NCBI GenBank assembly: GCA_951406725.2
Contig: OX597824.1
Span: 3,348,001-3,412,000 of the forward strand
Length of the DNA stretch: 64,000 bases
Origin: Octopus vulgaris
Taxonomy: Eukaryota
Reading direction: 5' to 3'
A program made the translations under genes and the position numbers. Positions 38,992-52,989 of this stretch are shown piece by piece (position 1 is the stretch's first letter; each line of letters starts with the position of its first letter). The notes under the pieces are model-generated. The model saw only the letters and a program-made list of their open reading frames with translations. It was not told the origin of the DNA and made no database searches.

Positions 38992-39769
38992 ATTCAGTAT
39001 ATCCTTCTAAGTACATAGTTATAAGGCTGTTTTGAATAAAATGTTGTTTTACATACATACATACATGTAAATGGGACACTAATAGATGGGACCCTAACCA
39101 TTCCAGGTCAAATCGAACCTGGGAGAAATGGTAAAGATGTGATTCCATGCCCTCCGCCTTCCCAACTACAGAACTTCCAAAGAGGAGCTTCGTCACCACA
39201 AGACGCAGTATAATGTCATATCCAGGACAAAAATAATTACACTTAGATTCCCCTGGGATAGAGGAGGAGGCTCCCGTCATTTTTGATAAAGCTGTTGGGA
39301 AGACAGCTCTTCTAGAAGAAAGGTATTCTGACGCAAAACTTGCAGTTAAAATAGTATCAATCACCTTACACCATTTCTCTCTCTGGAACCTATAAAGGTA
39401 ACCAAAACAGAGGCGAAAATGATTTATAAGAAGTTTTTTGTCACTAGAATCCAATGACATGTCTCAATATTCATTCCATTTCTTTCTGCTGAGATCAATT
39501 TTGCCTTTCATCCTTTCAGGGTCAATAAATTAAGTACTAATTTACTGGCCCCAGTTTCCCAAAATATTTCAGGCCTTGTGCCTAGAATAGAAAAGAAAAG
39601 AATATTCAATTCATTTCTGGATCCATTTTGTATTTTAGAAAGTCCTTTAGCAATGGATGCGTAGCATGAAAAGTCGGATCCCCCTCCACACCCCATATAC
39701 AAAGACAACTGTAAGCTGGAACAACCAGGCTAAATGTTAGATGGTTTTCATCTGGCCAGATGAAGCAAT

Positions 39770-40460
39770 CACCATCACCATCATCATCATCGTTTAACGT
39801 CCGTTTTCCATGCTGGCATGGGTCGGACAGTTCAACTGGGGTCTGGGAAGCCAGGAGGCTGCACCAGGCTCCAATCTGATTTGGCAGTGTTTCTACGGCT
39901 GGATGCCCTTCCTAATGCCAGCCACTCCGTGAGTGTTGTGGGTGTTTTTTCGTGCCAGGGGAGGCTGAAATCGACCACGATCAGTTGGTGCTTTTTACAT
40001 GCCACCGGTATGGGAGCCAGTCAAGGTGGCGCTGGCATCGTCCATGTTTGGATGGTGCTTTTTACGTGCCACATGCACAGGTGCCAGGGGAGGCTGGCAA
40101 CGGCCACAATCGGTTGGTGGTTTTTACGTGCCACCGGCACAGGTGCCAGATGAGGCTGACAATGGCCATGATCGGTTGGTGGTTTTTACATGCCACCAGC
40201 ACAGGTGCCAGGTGAGGCTGGCATTGGCTACGTTCGGATGGTGCTTTTTACGTGCCACCGGCACAGGGATCACAACTACAATTTCCATTGATTTTTGATG
40301 TTGATGTACTTGACTCAATAGGTCTCCTCAAGTACAGCAGGTCACGTGCCAGTCAAGGTGGCGCTGGCATCGGCCACGTTCGGATGGTGCTTTTTACGTG
40401 CCACCGGCACTGGGATCACAACTGCAGTTTCCATTGATTTTTTGATGTTGATGTTCTTGT
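39770..40460 (-). mobile_element. RTE 3' UTR copy with about 7 subrepeats
   Basis: Repeated ggtgctttttacgtgccaccggcac units; (ATG)n tail. Confidence 0.8.
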
Positions 40461-41532
40461 CACAATCATATGTGTAAAAACTGCCATCAATTTATTCATT
40501 TCTACTCAACTAATTTTTACTAATATTAAAATGATGTATGACTTCTTAGGGTCCTCTACTGCAAGTAACAAAAGGGGTTGAAACTTAGGAATCATGTGAA
40601 AGAACAGGATAGCAGCGTCAAGGGGCCCTTGTAACAACAAACATATCTCCAACCAGTCTGGGAGTTCACACTTTTCTTTCAGATTGAGAAACTATAATTT
40701 CCTTTTGATTTTTATTTCAATGACTGTTAAGAGACATCAAAACCAAGAACATTGACACTGTTTCTCTCATGTTCAGCTACACTGTGTGTGTGTGCGTGTG
40801 TGTGTGTGTGTGTGTGCGTGTGTGTGTATGGATGTGAGTGTGTGTATGTGCGCGTGTGTGTGTGTGTGTGTGTGGACTGCTCAATAATATGCTGTGGGAA
40901 TAATCTGAGTTGAACAGATGGCCCACGTAGAAATCTGTACACGTTAACCCATATGCTCACACACACACACACACTCATGTACAAAGAGCATTAAGAGAGA
41001 AAATTTTGTTTACACAGAAGCATTATAATGAAGGTGATAACATTTTGTTTTGTTAGAAATATATCTTCAGGTGTTTCACAGGTCTTTCTGTAAAAACACA
41101 AAGAATCTTGGAATCAAGGTGTGTCAGGTGGAGTTGAAGAAAAACTAACAAACAATATCATAAAGGATGCCATTGAAGTTAATTATGTCCAAACAAATTA
41201 ATTGCTGTTGATATGATGATGGTGGTGGTGGTGGTTTCAAATTTTGGCCACAAGGCCAGCAAATTTAATGGGTGGGGGCAAGTCAATTACATTACCACCC
41301 TCGTACCCAACTGGAACTGACTTTATCGACCTGGAAAGGATAAAAGGGCGGATTTAAGAGGGGATGCGCAGCTGTCTCAGCCCCTTCTATTTTGCAATCA
41401 CATATGGTAATGCCAAGCTCTCTAGGTTGTATTTAAAGGTTTTAGAGCCAAAAAAAAAAAAAGCCAAAGCTAAATTCTTATGATAAATCAGCGGAGTTAA
41501 TTTTTTTAGCAAGTGGATAAGCGATTAAATGT

Positions 41533-41577
<45 letters not shown>

Positions 41578-41657
41578 TGTGTGTGTGTGTGTGCATGTGC
41601 GCATGTATGAATGTATGTGCAGGCAGACACACAGACAAGCAAACAGATATATATATG

Positions 41658-41695
<38 letters not shown>

Positions 41696-41696
41696 C

Positions 41697-41775
<79 letters not shown>

Positions 41776-42066
41776 CTGATAGATATACACCCATGTCTCT
41801 GACACTCATCTGGCAGCATTGTGACACCTCTAATGTTTCTGCCAGCCATAATAGCCATTAATAATGGGTGTCATATGCAATCCTTAAACCTATGTGTCCC
41901 AAGCCCTTTATTTACTTAAAGTTATCATCCTGTTATTGTTATCAGTTGGCTAATGTTATTGAAAATGTTTCATTGCAAATTATGAAAATAATCAACTTCC
42001 GCTAAATAAGCAATCTCAGGCAAAATTCCAAGAAATCCAGAGGAAGAAGTCTGTTGCAGTGAAAGG

Positions 42067-42231
42067 CAGGGGTGGACTGAAAGTATTAAGGGCCCTGGGG
42101 CATAACTGTTTACCAGGCCCCTTAGCATTGTATATGTATGTTTTAGTAGAGTTAACATGTAGAGTGCGGGCCCCTCAGAGCTCTGGGCCCTTGGGCAGTG
42201 CCCGATTGACTGACGGCTCAGTCCACCCCTG
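42067..42231. mobile_element. hAT MITE (165 bp)
   Basis: Perfect 14-bp TIR caggggtggactga/tcagtccacccctg and perfect 8-bp TSD gtgaaagg. Confidence 0.92.
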
Positions 42232-42893
42232 GTGAAAGGTAACATGATGACATCTCATCAGCACCCTCTCTTTTCTCTCTTTCCAGTCAGGGTCAACATG
42301 TATCTCCTTTCCAGTCAGGGTCAACATGTACCTCCTTTACGGTAAGACACCTGTTCCTGTCCCCTCTCTCATACTTTAGCCCCTCCTCAACCAGCACAAA
42401 GCCACCTCCCTCAATACTTCCATCTCTCAGTTGAGGGAATCTTGCCTTGTGGGTTACTTGGCAACCTCACTCATACCAGTGCCATGGAAAAAAAAGCACC
42501 CAGTACACTCTCTAGAGTGGTTGGCATTAGGAAAGGCATTCAGCTGTAGAAGACATGCCAAAGCTGACATTGGGGCCTGATGCAATCCTTTGGCTCATCA
42601 GATCCTGTCAAACTGTCCAACCTATACCAGAATGCAACACAGATGTTAAATGAGGAAGAATTTAAGAAAATATATTAACATAAAATTTCAATGAAAGGGT
42701 TGAATTGACATCACTCTCATAGAACTATGGAATGATCTCAGGTGAGTTGGTTTGGAAAGGATTAATTAATTGTAGATTAATCTTTGTAACTTTATCAGTG
42801 TTTTGTTTGTATTGTTTTCCGAGGAAAAAATTAAGTTGCAGGAGTGAATTCTCACTACATTATTCCATGACTATTGGTTGTTTGATACAATTC

Positions 42894-42947
<54 letters not shown>

Positions 42948-43254
42948 TTACAATGCCTTCGTCATATTTCCATCATCATCATCATGCCCACTACTATCAC
43001 ATCACTCCAACCCCTTATCTTCATACTCCTCCACATCATCATCAGCATTTTACCCTCCCTTTCAATGTGGGTTGGACAAAGCATCATGCCCTCAGCCAGT
43101 TTTTATTCAGAGTAACTGCTGTCCCAGACAGTTCAATGGACAACATCTTGCTATAAATAAAAAAACAAAAAAGGAAACAAAATATAGAATTGGATTTTTA
43201 CACCTGAGACACTCACTGCCAGTCTACTGTTAACAGGAAGCCTGGACACAGGTT

Positions 43255-44330
43255 TTATGGTCCATTGCCCAGGATATTAATCGTCTGGAAACCATTCAGT
43301 GACGTGCAACCAAGAGAATACCCTCCATCAGGCACTTGCCATATTCTGAACGCCTTACTTCCCTGGGCATGAACACATTGAAACTCCGACGTCTGGCAGC
43401 TGACTTGGCAGACACCCATAAAATTATTAACCATTTTACAAACAATAACTCTGAGCACCTTTTCAAACTCCACTCGTCTAACACCCGTGGACATGTTTAC
43501 AAAGTCAGAAAACAGCACAGCTCCTTTCATGACTTTCGGAAACATTTTTACATACTAAGAGTTGCTGAAGCATGGAACAAACTGCCGGCATCAGTTGTTA
43601 GTTGTCGGAGCACTGCATCCTTCAAAACTTCCATGCTTCCTGAGATTCGCCAACACTACACTTGATTTTCTCCCCTCCATACACACACACACAAGCATGG
43701 AACAAACTGCCGGCATCAGTTGTTAGTTGTCGGAGCACTGCATCCTTCAAAACTTCCATGCTTTCTGAGATTCGCCAACACTACACCTGATTTTCTTCCC
43801 TCCATACACACACACACAAGCATGGAACAAACTGCCGGCATCAGTTGTTAGTTGTCGGAGCACTGCATCCTTCAAAACTTCCATGCTTCCTGAGATTCGC
43901 CAACACTACACCTGATTTTCTCCCCTCCATACACACACACACAAGCATGGAACAAACTGCCGGCATCAGTTGTTAGTTGTCGGAGCACTGCATCCTTCAA
44001 AACTTCCATGCTTTCTGAGATTCGCCAACACTACACCTGATTTTCTCCTCTCCATACACACACACACAAGCATGGAACAAACTGCCGGCATCAGTTGTTA
44101 GTTGTCGGAGCACTGCATCCTTCAAAACTTCCATGCTTCCTGAGATTCGCCAACACTACACCTGATCTCCTCCCCTCCATACACACAAGCAAGCATGTAT
44201 CTGACTCATACACTGTTCGCTTTCCAGACATTCGTACATTACTGCATATTCTTTATACGCACTTTTGACAAGTTGTGGTGCACCTGAGCACTGTATACAA
44301 TAATTTCATAATTATCTTTATTATTTTATT
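43255..44330 (+). mobile_element. CR1/L2-type LINE 3' end carrying a 5 x 125-bp tandem array
   Basis: PYSERLTSLG..TLKLRRLAADL..THKII...TRGH..K...RVAEAWNKLP C-terminal motif; AT-rich tail. Confidence 0.88.
43568..44190 (+). repeat. 125-bp minisatellite, 5 copies
   Basis: Units start at 43568, 43693, 43818, 43943 and 44068. Confidence 0.95.
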
Positions 44331-45494
44331 TTCCAGGTGTATTCTATAATTCAATCCAAAGGCATAGTATTTGGTGATGCAATAGTGTTAGCAATAATTA
44401 TAGTAAGATCTAATGCACTGAACTAACAATACACTCAATGCTTTTATAAGTTTATCCCATTAGGTTTGTACCTTAATTGAGAATATCTTTTAGAAGTCGA
44501 GCAAGCACTGGCTGCAAGAGTTAAGTGCCCTTGCCAAGACTATTCTAAAGCTCTGATGTTTGTGAGACGAGCGTTAACAAGCAATTAAGTTAATAGCGAT
44601 TTAATTTACATAGTAAATTAAACATCTCTAAAAACTATGTAGGAAATTTCTATAGAATAAAATCTTACAAATTCCAGATGCTTATTAATAAAATACGCCC
44701 ATTTGAAAATAATAAACTGATTAATATAAATATATAAAAAAAAATTAGAAAGGATAAACAAAAAAGAAAAAAGATGAGGAAGAAAATTAAGTAGGACGGC
44801 AAAAAGGTTGATTAGCAGTTAAGCAACCTTGATTTCGCTTCCCCGCAAATCACTTTGTAACACTTGCATTAGAGTAAACAGCAAAATAAGCAAGTTTTTC
44901 TAATTAATTACGCTTAAACTTTTCATTAATATAAATATAATAATGGTTTGTATACGATAAGCTTTTTTAATTTCAGAAACTTTGCCCGTGCGATTAATAT
45001 AGGAAGCATTTTGCCGTAAACAGCCAGAAAAATGCAAATGAGAAAAAGCTGAACAGTTTCTGCAGCAGCCAGCTAGTAGTATATATACGGTGTGTTGCCG
45101 TTAGTAGCTAAGAGGTCCGCTGCATTGGGATGGAATATTGTACTAATGATAAGTTCATTAGACGCGAATGTCTGTCAGCTGAGAAAAACTAACCTAATAT
45201 TATAAATATATATTAAAAAAACAGTCAAAAATAAATCAGAAACTTACAACCAAACATTGTAAATTAACTCTCGTCAGTCAAGTCAGATCAACATTATTAT
45301 CATAAACCTAACAGTTAGGGTGAGAAATCCCAATGTTCATTTGACCTCCTTTTAATAGTTTTTGGGGGACATTTTGGCGAATATGAACGGTGGGTGGGTG
45401 GGTGTGTGTGTGCTGGAGTTGGGGGTCAAAGTAAACAATGTTCTGGAACTTTGAAAAACATAGGTTTTTTTTTTTAGAAAACAACTAGTCTTGT

Positions 45495-45816
45495 CGGTAC
45501 TACTAGCGAACAGTGATCCCAGTGCGCGCACTCGCGCTAGCTAGTCGTAAGTAGTCGATCCTACGACTTTTTAACCGTAACCTTAGTTTGTTTATAAAAA
45601 TAATTTAGGTACTACTAGCGAACAGTGGTCCCGGTGCGCGCACTCGCGTAGTCGCGCATCCGCGCCAGCTAGTCGTGACTAGTCGATCCTACAACGACGA
45701 GCTAGCAAAGTAAATAAAACACAAAAGCACAAAGGATCGACTAGTCATGACAAGCTGGCGCGGATGCGCGACTACGCGCGTGCGCGCACCGGGACCACTG
45801 TTCGCTAGTAGTACCG
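45495..45816. mobile_element. CpG-rich MITE/foldback with 83-bp TIRs and an extra left TIR
   Basis: 45608-45690 vs 45733-45815 inverted with 3 mismatches; diverged direct copy of the left arm at 45496-45561. Confidence 0.8.
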
Positions 45817-46084
45817 TTTTGTCATTGTCGATGGCGGTACAATTAGTGGTATCACGGCTACTACTACTACTACTACTACTACCAAATGCAGTCATCGGCA
45901 TCAAAACCACTGTCAACATCTTTTTATTGCCATTTACGACACTCTTATCATCAACCATCTCCTCCTCCTCCTCCTCATCATCATCATCATCATCACCATC
46001 AAACAGAAACAATGTTTCTTTTTTATTAGCATCGCTCAGTCTGTCTCTCCACTCTCTCTTTCTCTCTCTCCCTCCCTCTCTCTC

Positions 46085-46327
46085 TCTCTCTTTCTCTCTC
46101 TTATTTCTTTACTACCCACAAGTGGCTAAACATAGAGGTGACAAACAAGGACAGACATAGGTACTAAGTCGATTACATCGACCCCAGTGCGTAACTGGTA
46201 CTTAATTTATCGACCCTAAAAGGATGAAAGGCAAAGTCGACCTCGGCGGAATTTGAACTCAGAACGTAACGACAGACGAAATACCGCTAAGCATTTCACC
46301 CAGCATGCTACCATTTCTGCCAGCTCA
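46085..46327 (-). mobile_element. SINE family A
   Basis: Reverse complement of the 9721 element. Confidence 0.8.
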
Positions 46328-46608
46328 GTTTCTGTCTCTCTCTCTCTCACTCACGTGCTCATTAAACCGTTTATATATCTATAATACACCGATAGATAGA
46401 TACACAAACACTTATCTATCGTCTATCGATTGATTGGTCAATCACCTGATCGATTTGTTACTCAATCTGTCAATCTATGTGTGTGTGTGTGTGTATATGA
46501 GTGTGTGTGTGTACACATGCATCACACACTTACTAATACTCATACGCACACACAAACACACAAGCACATACAACACATACACAACATACACACAAACAGC
46601 CACACACT

Positions 46609-46649
<41 letters not shown>

Positions 46650-46934
46650 GTGCAATATCCGTCTTGCCTCATCTCATTGGTCAAAAAACACAGAATTTCA
46701 ATTTCCCAAAAGTAAAAAGCACCTGACCATCACCGTTGACTTTCACTGGCAACAGAGTTGTGAGGCATTGATTGGCTGCTAATTGGCAGTATAATTAAGA
46801 GGTTTGTTTATCAGTCAAGTGGTTTCAGGTTCAATCCCAATGCATGGCACCTTGGGTAGGTGTCTTCTAATGCTGTCCCAGTTCAACCAAAGCTTTGTGA
46901 GTGGATTTGGTGGACGGAAACAAACTGAAACCTG

Positions 46935-46984
<50 letters not shown>

Positions 46985-47035
46985 ATGTGCATGTGTGTGT
47001 GAATGCACATATGTGTGTGTGTGTGTGTGTGTGTA

Positions 47036-47560
47036 CAGGATGTGTAAGATATTTGAGGACAGATTTATGTTTATAAAAGCATAGATATATAATAAAAGAT
47101 AACTTTATTTATCAAAAAATGCTATAAGGATAAAAACAAACCTTCATTTTCTATAATGGTATTCGAGAAAGCTACCTTCAGCTTCAACAACTGCCTCTAT
47201 ATGAGGTCTAAATCATCTACATGCTCTCGAATCAAGTGGTCCTGGTTCATTTTGGACATTACTCTGACTATGGCAGCTTTCAAAGAATCTTTGGTGTTAT
47301 GGGCATGTTCATTGATCTCTCTCTCAACAACGCTCCACATGTAATAGTCCAATGGATTGAGATCTGGGGAATTAGGAGGCCAAATATTAGGGGTTATGTG
47401 ATCATGAAAATTTTCAGCCATCCATTCCTGTGTTACTAAAGCCATGTGTGATAGTGCAGAGTCTTACTGAAACACATATGGCCTTCCATTGCATACCCTG
47501 TCTATCCAGGGATTAACAATTATTTCCAGGAACTCAATGTAGGCGGCAGAGTTAACTCAT
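47036..47560 (-). mobile_element. maT (DD37D) transposase relic with one terminus
   Basis: Q*DSALSH...WPPNSPDLNPLDYYMW with 37-residue spacing; TA|cagg terminus at 47036. Confidence 0.8.
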
Positions 47561-48683
47561 GCTTATAGTTGCATATCTAGACATGCTCATATATTTTTAA
47601 ATGATAAATTTTGGGAAAGTTTTACAGATTTTTACAGTTCCACTGATGGATTGGAATTGTAGTCTTTGAATCAGCTTTCTCCTTTCTGGTTTTGAGAAGC
47701 CTAATTCCTCAAGATTAGTATTTAGACAGTGTGTATGTATTATTTATGTATGCATGAATGGATGTTTGGATGGATGGATGAATGGATGGTGTGTGTGTGT
47801 GTGTATCCTTCTTTCGACATCATGTGATGGTTGTAAACAAGCATGAATGTCATATAAATTGTTATGGATTTCTAGTCTTCCATGAAAACATATCAGGCCC
47901 TGGGAAAATATTCCTTGAAGACTGGTGAGGGTTGGCATTAAAATGATGACGACGACGACGATGATGATGATGATGACGACGATGATGATGATGATGATGA
48001 TGATTGTTGATGACTTGAGGGAATCTTTATTTCTAATTCAGGCCCCAGGCCAGAAACCTTGAAAAGAAGAAGCTAGAAATTTTGAGACCAACCAAAGCCT
48101 AGTGTGTGTGTGTGTGCGCGTGTGTGTCTGTGTTGTGTGTGTCTGTGTGTGTGTGTGTAATTTCAAAAACTGCAGCTTTTGCATGAGCTGAGTAGCCTCC
48201 CTTACAACACAGCCGCCTTCAGTATCGAATTCCTTGTAATTCTTCTAACGTAACGCTTCATGTTAAAATAGAATCAAAATTAGAACGCGATGAGTGAAAG
48301 GATTCCTTAATATTTTGAGGGCAGCAGAGAATCAGGGAAAATATTTTGTGATATCTGCTAACAGTCCTTTAAATGTTTGGGATTCCTGCTGAGGTCAATA
48401 TTTCTTTTTATCTTTCAGGAGTTTCAGGAAAATGAATACCAGTCAGACACTGGGGATCAATAAATTGACTGCTCCCTTCTGAAATCTGGGTCCTTGCATC
48501 TATGTCAGAACCCAAAACAAAAGCTGGGCTATCTTCTTCTATCAAAGCTTTGTCAGTGGGTTTGATTGAGGGAAGAAACTGAAGTGTGTGTGTGTTAGTT
48601 GCAAAACATCTCCACCTCCAAGTTTTGGGTCACACTTTAACAGAGTTCTTTCTGTTGTTAACATTCAAAGCAAAATTCAAAGC

Positions 48684-48715
<32 letters not shown>

Positions 48716-48720
48716 ATCTA

Positions 48721-48820
<100 letters not shown>

Positions 48821-48869
48821 GTCTGTCTGTCTGTCTGTCTGTCAGTCGATCTGTCTGTCTGTCTATCTG

Positions 48870-48933
<64 letters not shown>

Positions 48934-49629
48934 TCTCTTGAAAGAGAAATAACTTGAAATGTTCAGGCCCAAGTATTTATCTGTTGGGGCTGCATCATGG
49001 TCATTGCCCTTTATAGAAAATAAAAACAATTCGAGGGGAGGGGGAGAAGGAGGAGGAGGAGGAGGAGGATATGTGGGGGAAGAATCTGTGAAAGGCAAAC
49101 GAAGGTAACGACGGCTGCAGTTCTTCAGATGACTTACCTGAATATCAGGTAAGTCATCCCGTCACCAGATTTTGGAACAAATATTCCAGATATGACCATC
49201 CTGTCTTTTTTTAACGATTACGTTCTACTTGGGACTACATTATTTAGCGTAGTGTTACCTTTAAAAAAAAAGATAAATTACTTAGGGCCGCCATCTGCAG
49301 GAAGGAGCCGGAGAATGAATAATAACAATGTGAGCAGAAAAGTGTCGGAGTTGTCGCCCCTTAGCCTTAACTCGATTTCATTTACATTCACCTCCCCCAC
49401 CCCCACTTTCCTTTGCAATGGAAAATATATTAACATTTTTGTGGTGGTGTGGGGTGGAGGTGGTGGTGGTGGTGGTGGGTCCATTAGAGGCGTCGTTCTT
49501 GTTGCTATTAGTAACGACAGAGGCGGTAGAAGTATTACTGTTCTTCTTGCTGCTAGGGTTGTAATGTTGTTCTTGATGCTGTTGCTGTTGAGCGAAGCGG
49601 TCTTCGTCTCAAAGCTCGCGAGATGGGAG

Positions 49630-49905
49630 AAGTCCGAAAAGTGGTCCTTTGCTATTCGTAAGACCCGCAGAAGAGAAAGCAGGTCAACCCCCGACACCGA
49701 GAGCATCGACGGATGGATGAATGCGCATCCAGGCCAGCGGTTGCGTAGAAAGTCAGGGACGAGAAACAGGAAGGAAGAGTGAGAGAAAGTTGGAGCGAAA
49801 GAGTACAACAGGGGTCGCCACCCCCCACTGCCGGAGCCTCGAGGAGCTTTAGGTGTTTTCGCTCAATAAACACACAGAACGCCCGGTCTGGGAATCGAAA
49901 CCTCG
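49630..49905 (-). mobile_element. SINE family C
   Basis: Inverted homolog of 18181-18465. Confidence 0.7.
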
Positions 49906-50279
49906 ACAAAGACCGTTCGCTCAACAGCAACGGCAGCAGCTTAATAAAGGGCACCTGTGCTGGTGGCATGTGAGAGGCACTCCAAATACTCTGTAAAATG
50001 GTTGGTGTTTGGATGGCTGGGGCTGCTATGCGAAACTGGTGCAGGAAACAGCCATGAACTCACATTATTGTCACAGCATATCTCCAGAGGTCTCGGTCTT
50101 TCATCATTGCTTCTGTGAGGCCCAACATTCGAAGGTCATGCTTGACCACCACATCCCATGTCTTCATGGATAGATAGATTAGATACATACATACATACAT
50201 ACATACATACATACATACATACATACATACATACATGCATGCATGCATACATACCCAGCCAACTCAAAAAGTACCCTTG

Positions 50280-50720
50280 GATCAAAGGGCAACATGCTGT
50301 ACTTGAGGAGACCTATTGAGTCAAGTACATCAACATCAAAATGAAATTAAATCACAATCAAATGGAAATTGTAGTTGTGGTCCCCGTGCTGGTGGCATGT
50401 TAAAATCACCATCCGAACGTGGTCGACACCAGCCCCTCCCCCCCCCCCCCAGCCCCGACTGGCTTCTGTGCCGGTGGAACATAAAAAAACACCATCCGAA
50501 CATTGCTGATGCCAGCATCGCCTTGACTGGCTCCCATGCTGGTGACCCGTAAAAATCCCCCACTACACTCTCAGAGTGGTTGACATTAGGAAAGGCATCC
50601 AGCTGTAGAAACATTGCCAGATCAGATTTGAGCTTGGTGCAGCCTACTGGCTTCCCAGACCCCAGTCGAACCGTCCAACCCATGCCAGCATAGAAAATGG
50701 ACGTTAAACGATGATGATGG
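50280..50720 (+). mobile_element. RTE 3' UTR copy
   Basis: Ends ggacgttaaacgatgatgatg. Confidence 0.8.
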
Positions 50721-50721
50721 T

Positions 50722-50753
<32 letters not shown>

Positions 50754-50774
50754 TGCATACATATTTATATACAA

Positions 50775-50819
<45 letters not shown>

Positions 50820-52016
50820 CAAACACACATTTAGTGAAGGTTTCTTTTTCTTTTTTGTTTCCTTTCCAGTTTCCCAAGTTGCTTGGCAACCTCGCTAGTG
50901 CTGGTGACATGAGAAATGCGTCCAGTACATAATGCTGTACAATGTTACATACTAAGAAGGGGCGGGGTGGGGGGTCCAGCCATAGAAACCTTATCAAAGC
51001 TAATCCAGAACATATTTTATCCCTGTCACTCAAAGAATCCAGTCAAATAATCCAACGAACAGCACCATGGGAAGCAGATGTCAAATGATAAGAACGATGG
51101 TGGTGGTGGCGGTGGTGGTGGTGGTGGTGGCGGCGGTGGTGGTGGTGGTGGTAATGATACATATACAGACACTGTTCCGTCTGTAATTCTCTCCCACAAA
51201 AATCTCTTCCTGCCATCGCAGGATAACAGGGTGAATATTCCCTTTTTGCTTTGGAAGCTGCAAGGTAAGCCGTGTAGTAGTGCTGATGCCACAAAAGTAA
51301 ACTCTGTAAATGTTTGGTAGCAACAAAACAGGATTTAAGAAAGTTCTTTAGTGGTACTGATGGCCAGGCAACCTCTTCAGTGCTGGTGCCTTGAAAAAAT
51401 GGACCCAGTGCACTTGGTAAAAAAGGGTGATGTTAGGAAGGGCATCAAGCTACAAAATCCTTATCATAAATGAGACATTGGTGCTGTATATAGTCTTGCA
51501 GCCTTTTCAATTGCTTAGAACTGTCCCATGGAAATGAATGGAAAATGATGATGAGAAACATGTGTGTGTTCTTTAAATTCATTTATGGTAACATTAAGGA
51601 TATGAAAATAAAACTCCTGTTTCGTTATGCTGGCCAATGTCTAATGATACTGATGAGTCGACCAGTTTCTCAGAGTTGTGTCATGGTTACACCTACAGAA
51701 TGGAGGATAAATATGATAATAACAATAATTCTTGCACGGAATTTATAAATATTTAATACATCGCTACACGCGTTTCCACAAGTCACATAACTTTAACATC
51801 AGAGTCTGTATCCTTGGGATGAGAACAGTACGCATCTGAGAATTATTATTATTATTATTATTGCCTTTGCTTCTAACGCTGGAGATGTACTACAGTGCCA
51901 GCTGTTCACTACCAGTAAACTAAGGTAACACCTCTTATTTTTCGAGCACCTTCCGGAGTATTTGAGTGGTTCCAAGCAACACTTTCACCCACACATGCAC
52001 GCATACACATCAGAGA

Positions 52017-52120
<104 letters not shown>

Positions 52121-52278
52121 GACAGACAGACAGAGAGACAGAGACAGAGACAGACAAAGAAAGAAAGAAAGAAAGAAAGAAAGAAGGAAAGTGAAAGAGA
52201 GGGAAGGCCACCAGAAACCCGACTCCCCGAGTCTTAACTTAATTCCGTGCTGGGCGCAATTTCAAAACTTTCTCTAAA

Positions 52279-52319
52279 TGACGTCAGTTTGGCATCAGGA
52301 GCAGCAGGGCCTGACGTCA
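52279..52319. promoter_or_regulatory. Two perfect CRE (TGACGTCA) sites 33 bp apart
   Basis: TGACGTCA at 52279-52286 and 52312-52319 in apparently unique sequence. Confidence 0.45.
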
Positions 52320-52792
52320 CGCTCTGCCTCTGACCAAGCTATGATCTCATCAAACACGGATATATTAATAAACTAATGTCAGGTTTTCGCTTTATTTATA
52401 GTAATTACTTTATAAATAAAACAGCAGTAATTAACACTAATTCATATTCGAGCGAGAGACGGGGAAAACCACGACGTGGTCAATTGATTAGCTAGAAATA
52501 GCAGCAGAATCGGATCACTCACGAACGCCACCAACCTGGAGAAAAGTAAAAGGCAAAATTAAGGCAAATAAATAATATTAGAGGATAGTCATGGTTGGAA
52601 TGTCTTTGATCATAAGTCTACTATATCAGGTCAGACATGTAGCAAAAGAACAATATTCATATTTTAGCAGGAAACTTTTTTCGTATTTTCTTCTCGTTTC
52701 CGAATGTTTTCGCTTTTCACTTTACGTCCGATGAGAAAACTTGTTAAAAGTTGATGAAAAAAATGGAAAAGTATTGATTTTGGGACGGGCGG

Positions 52793-52823
<31 letters not shown>

Positions 52824-52989
52824 GAAGAAGTGGTGATGGCGTCGATGAGGGGAAGTGGAGAAGTGGAAGGGATGAAGGTGGGGGAAGCTGATGGTAGTGA
52901 TATGGATGTGGTGGTGGTGATGAAAACTGGATGGATATAGAAAGATAGATAGATTGATAGATATAGTTTTTTACTCTGTGGGAATTTCT

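Noticed and set aside
43568-44190. Possible CRISPR-like regular repeat
   Set aside because: The units are entirely repeated with no unique spacers, and derive from a LINE.
45248-45257. ATG TTT GGT T|GTAAGT mini first exon on the minus strand
   Set aside because: Joining it to the lipase exon at 30384 creates TGA.
49192-49808. 196 aa and 176 aa overlapping ORFs
   Set aside because: Made of low-complexity tracts plus a SINE; no recognisable domain.
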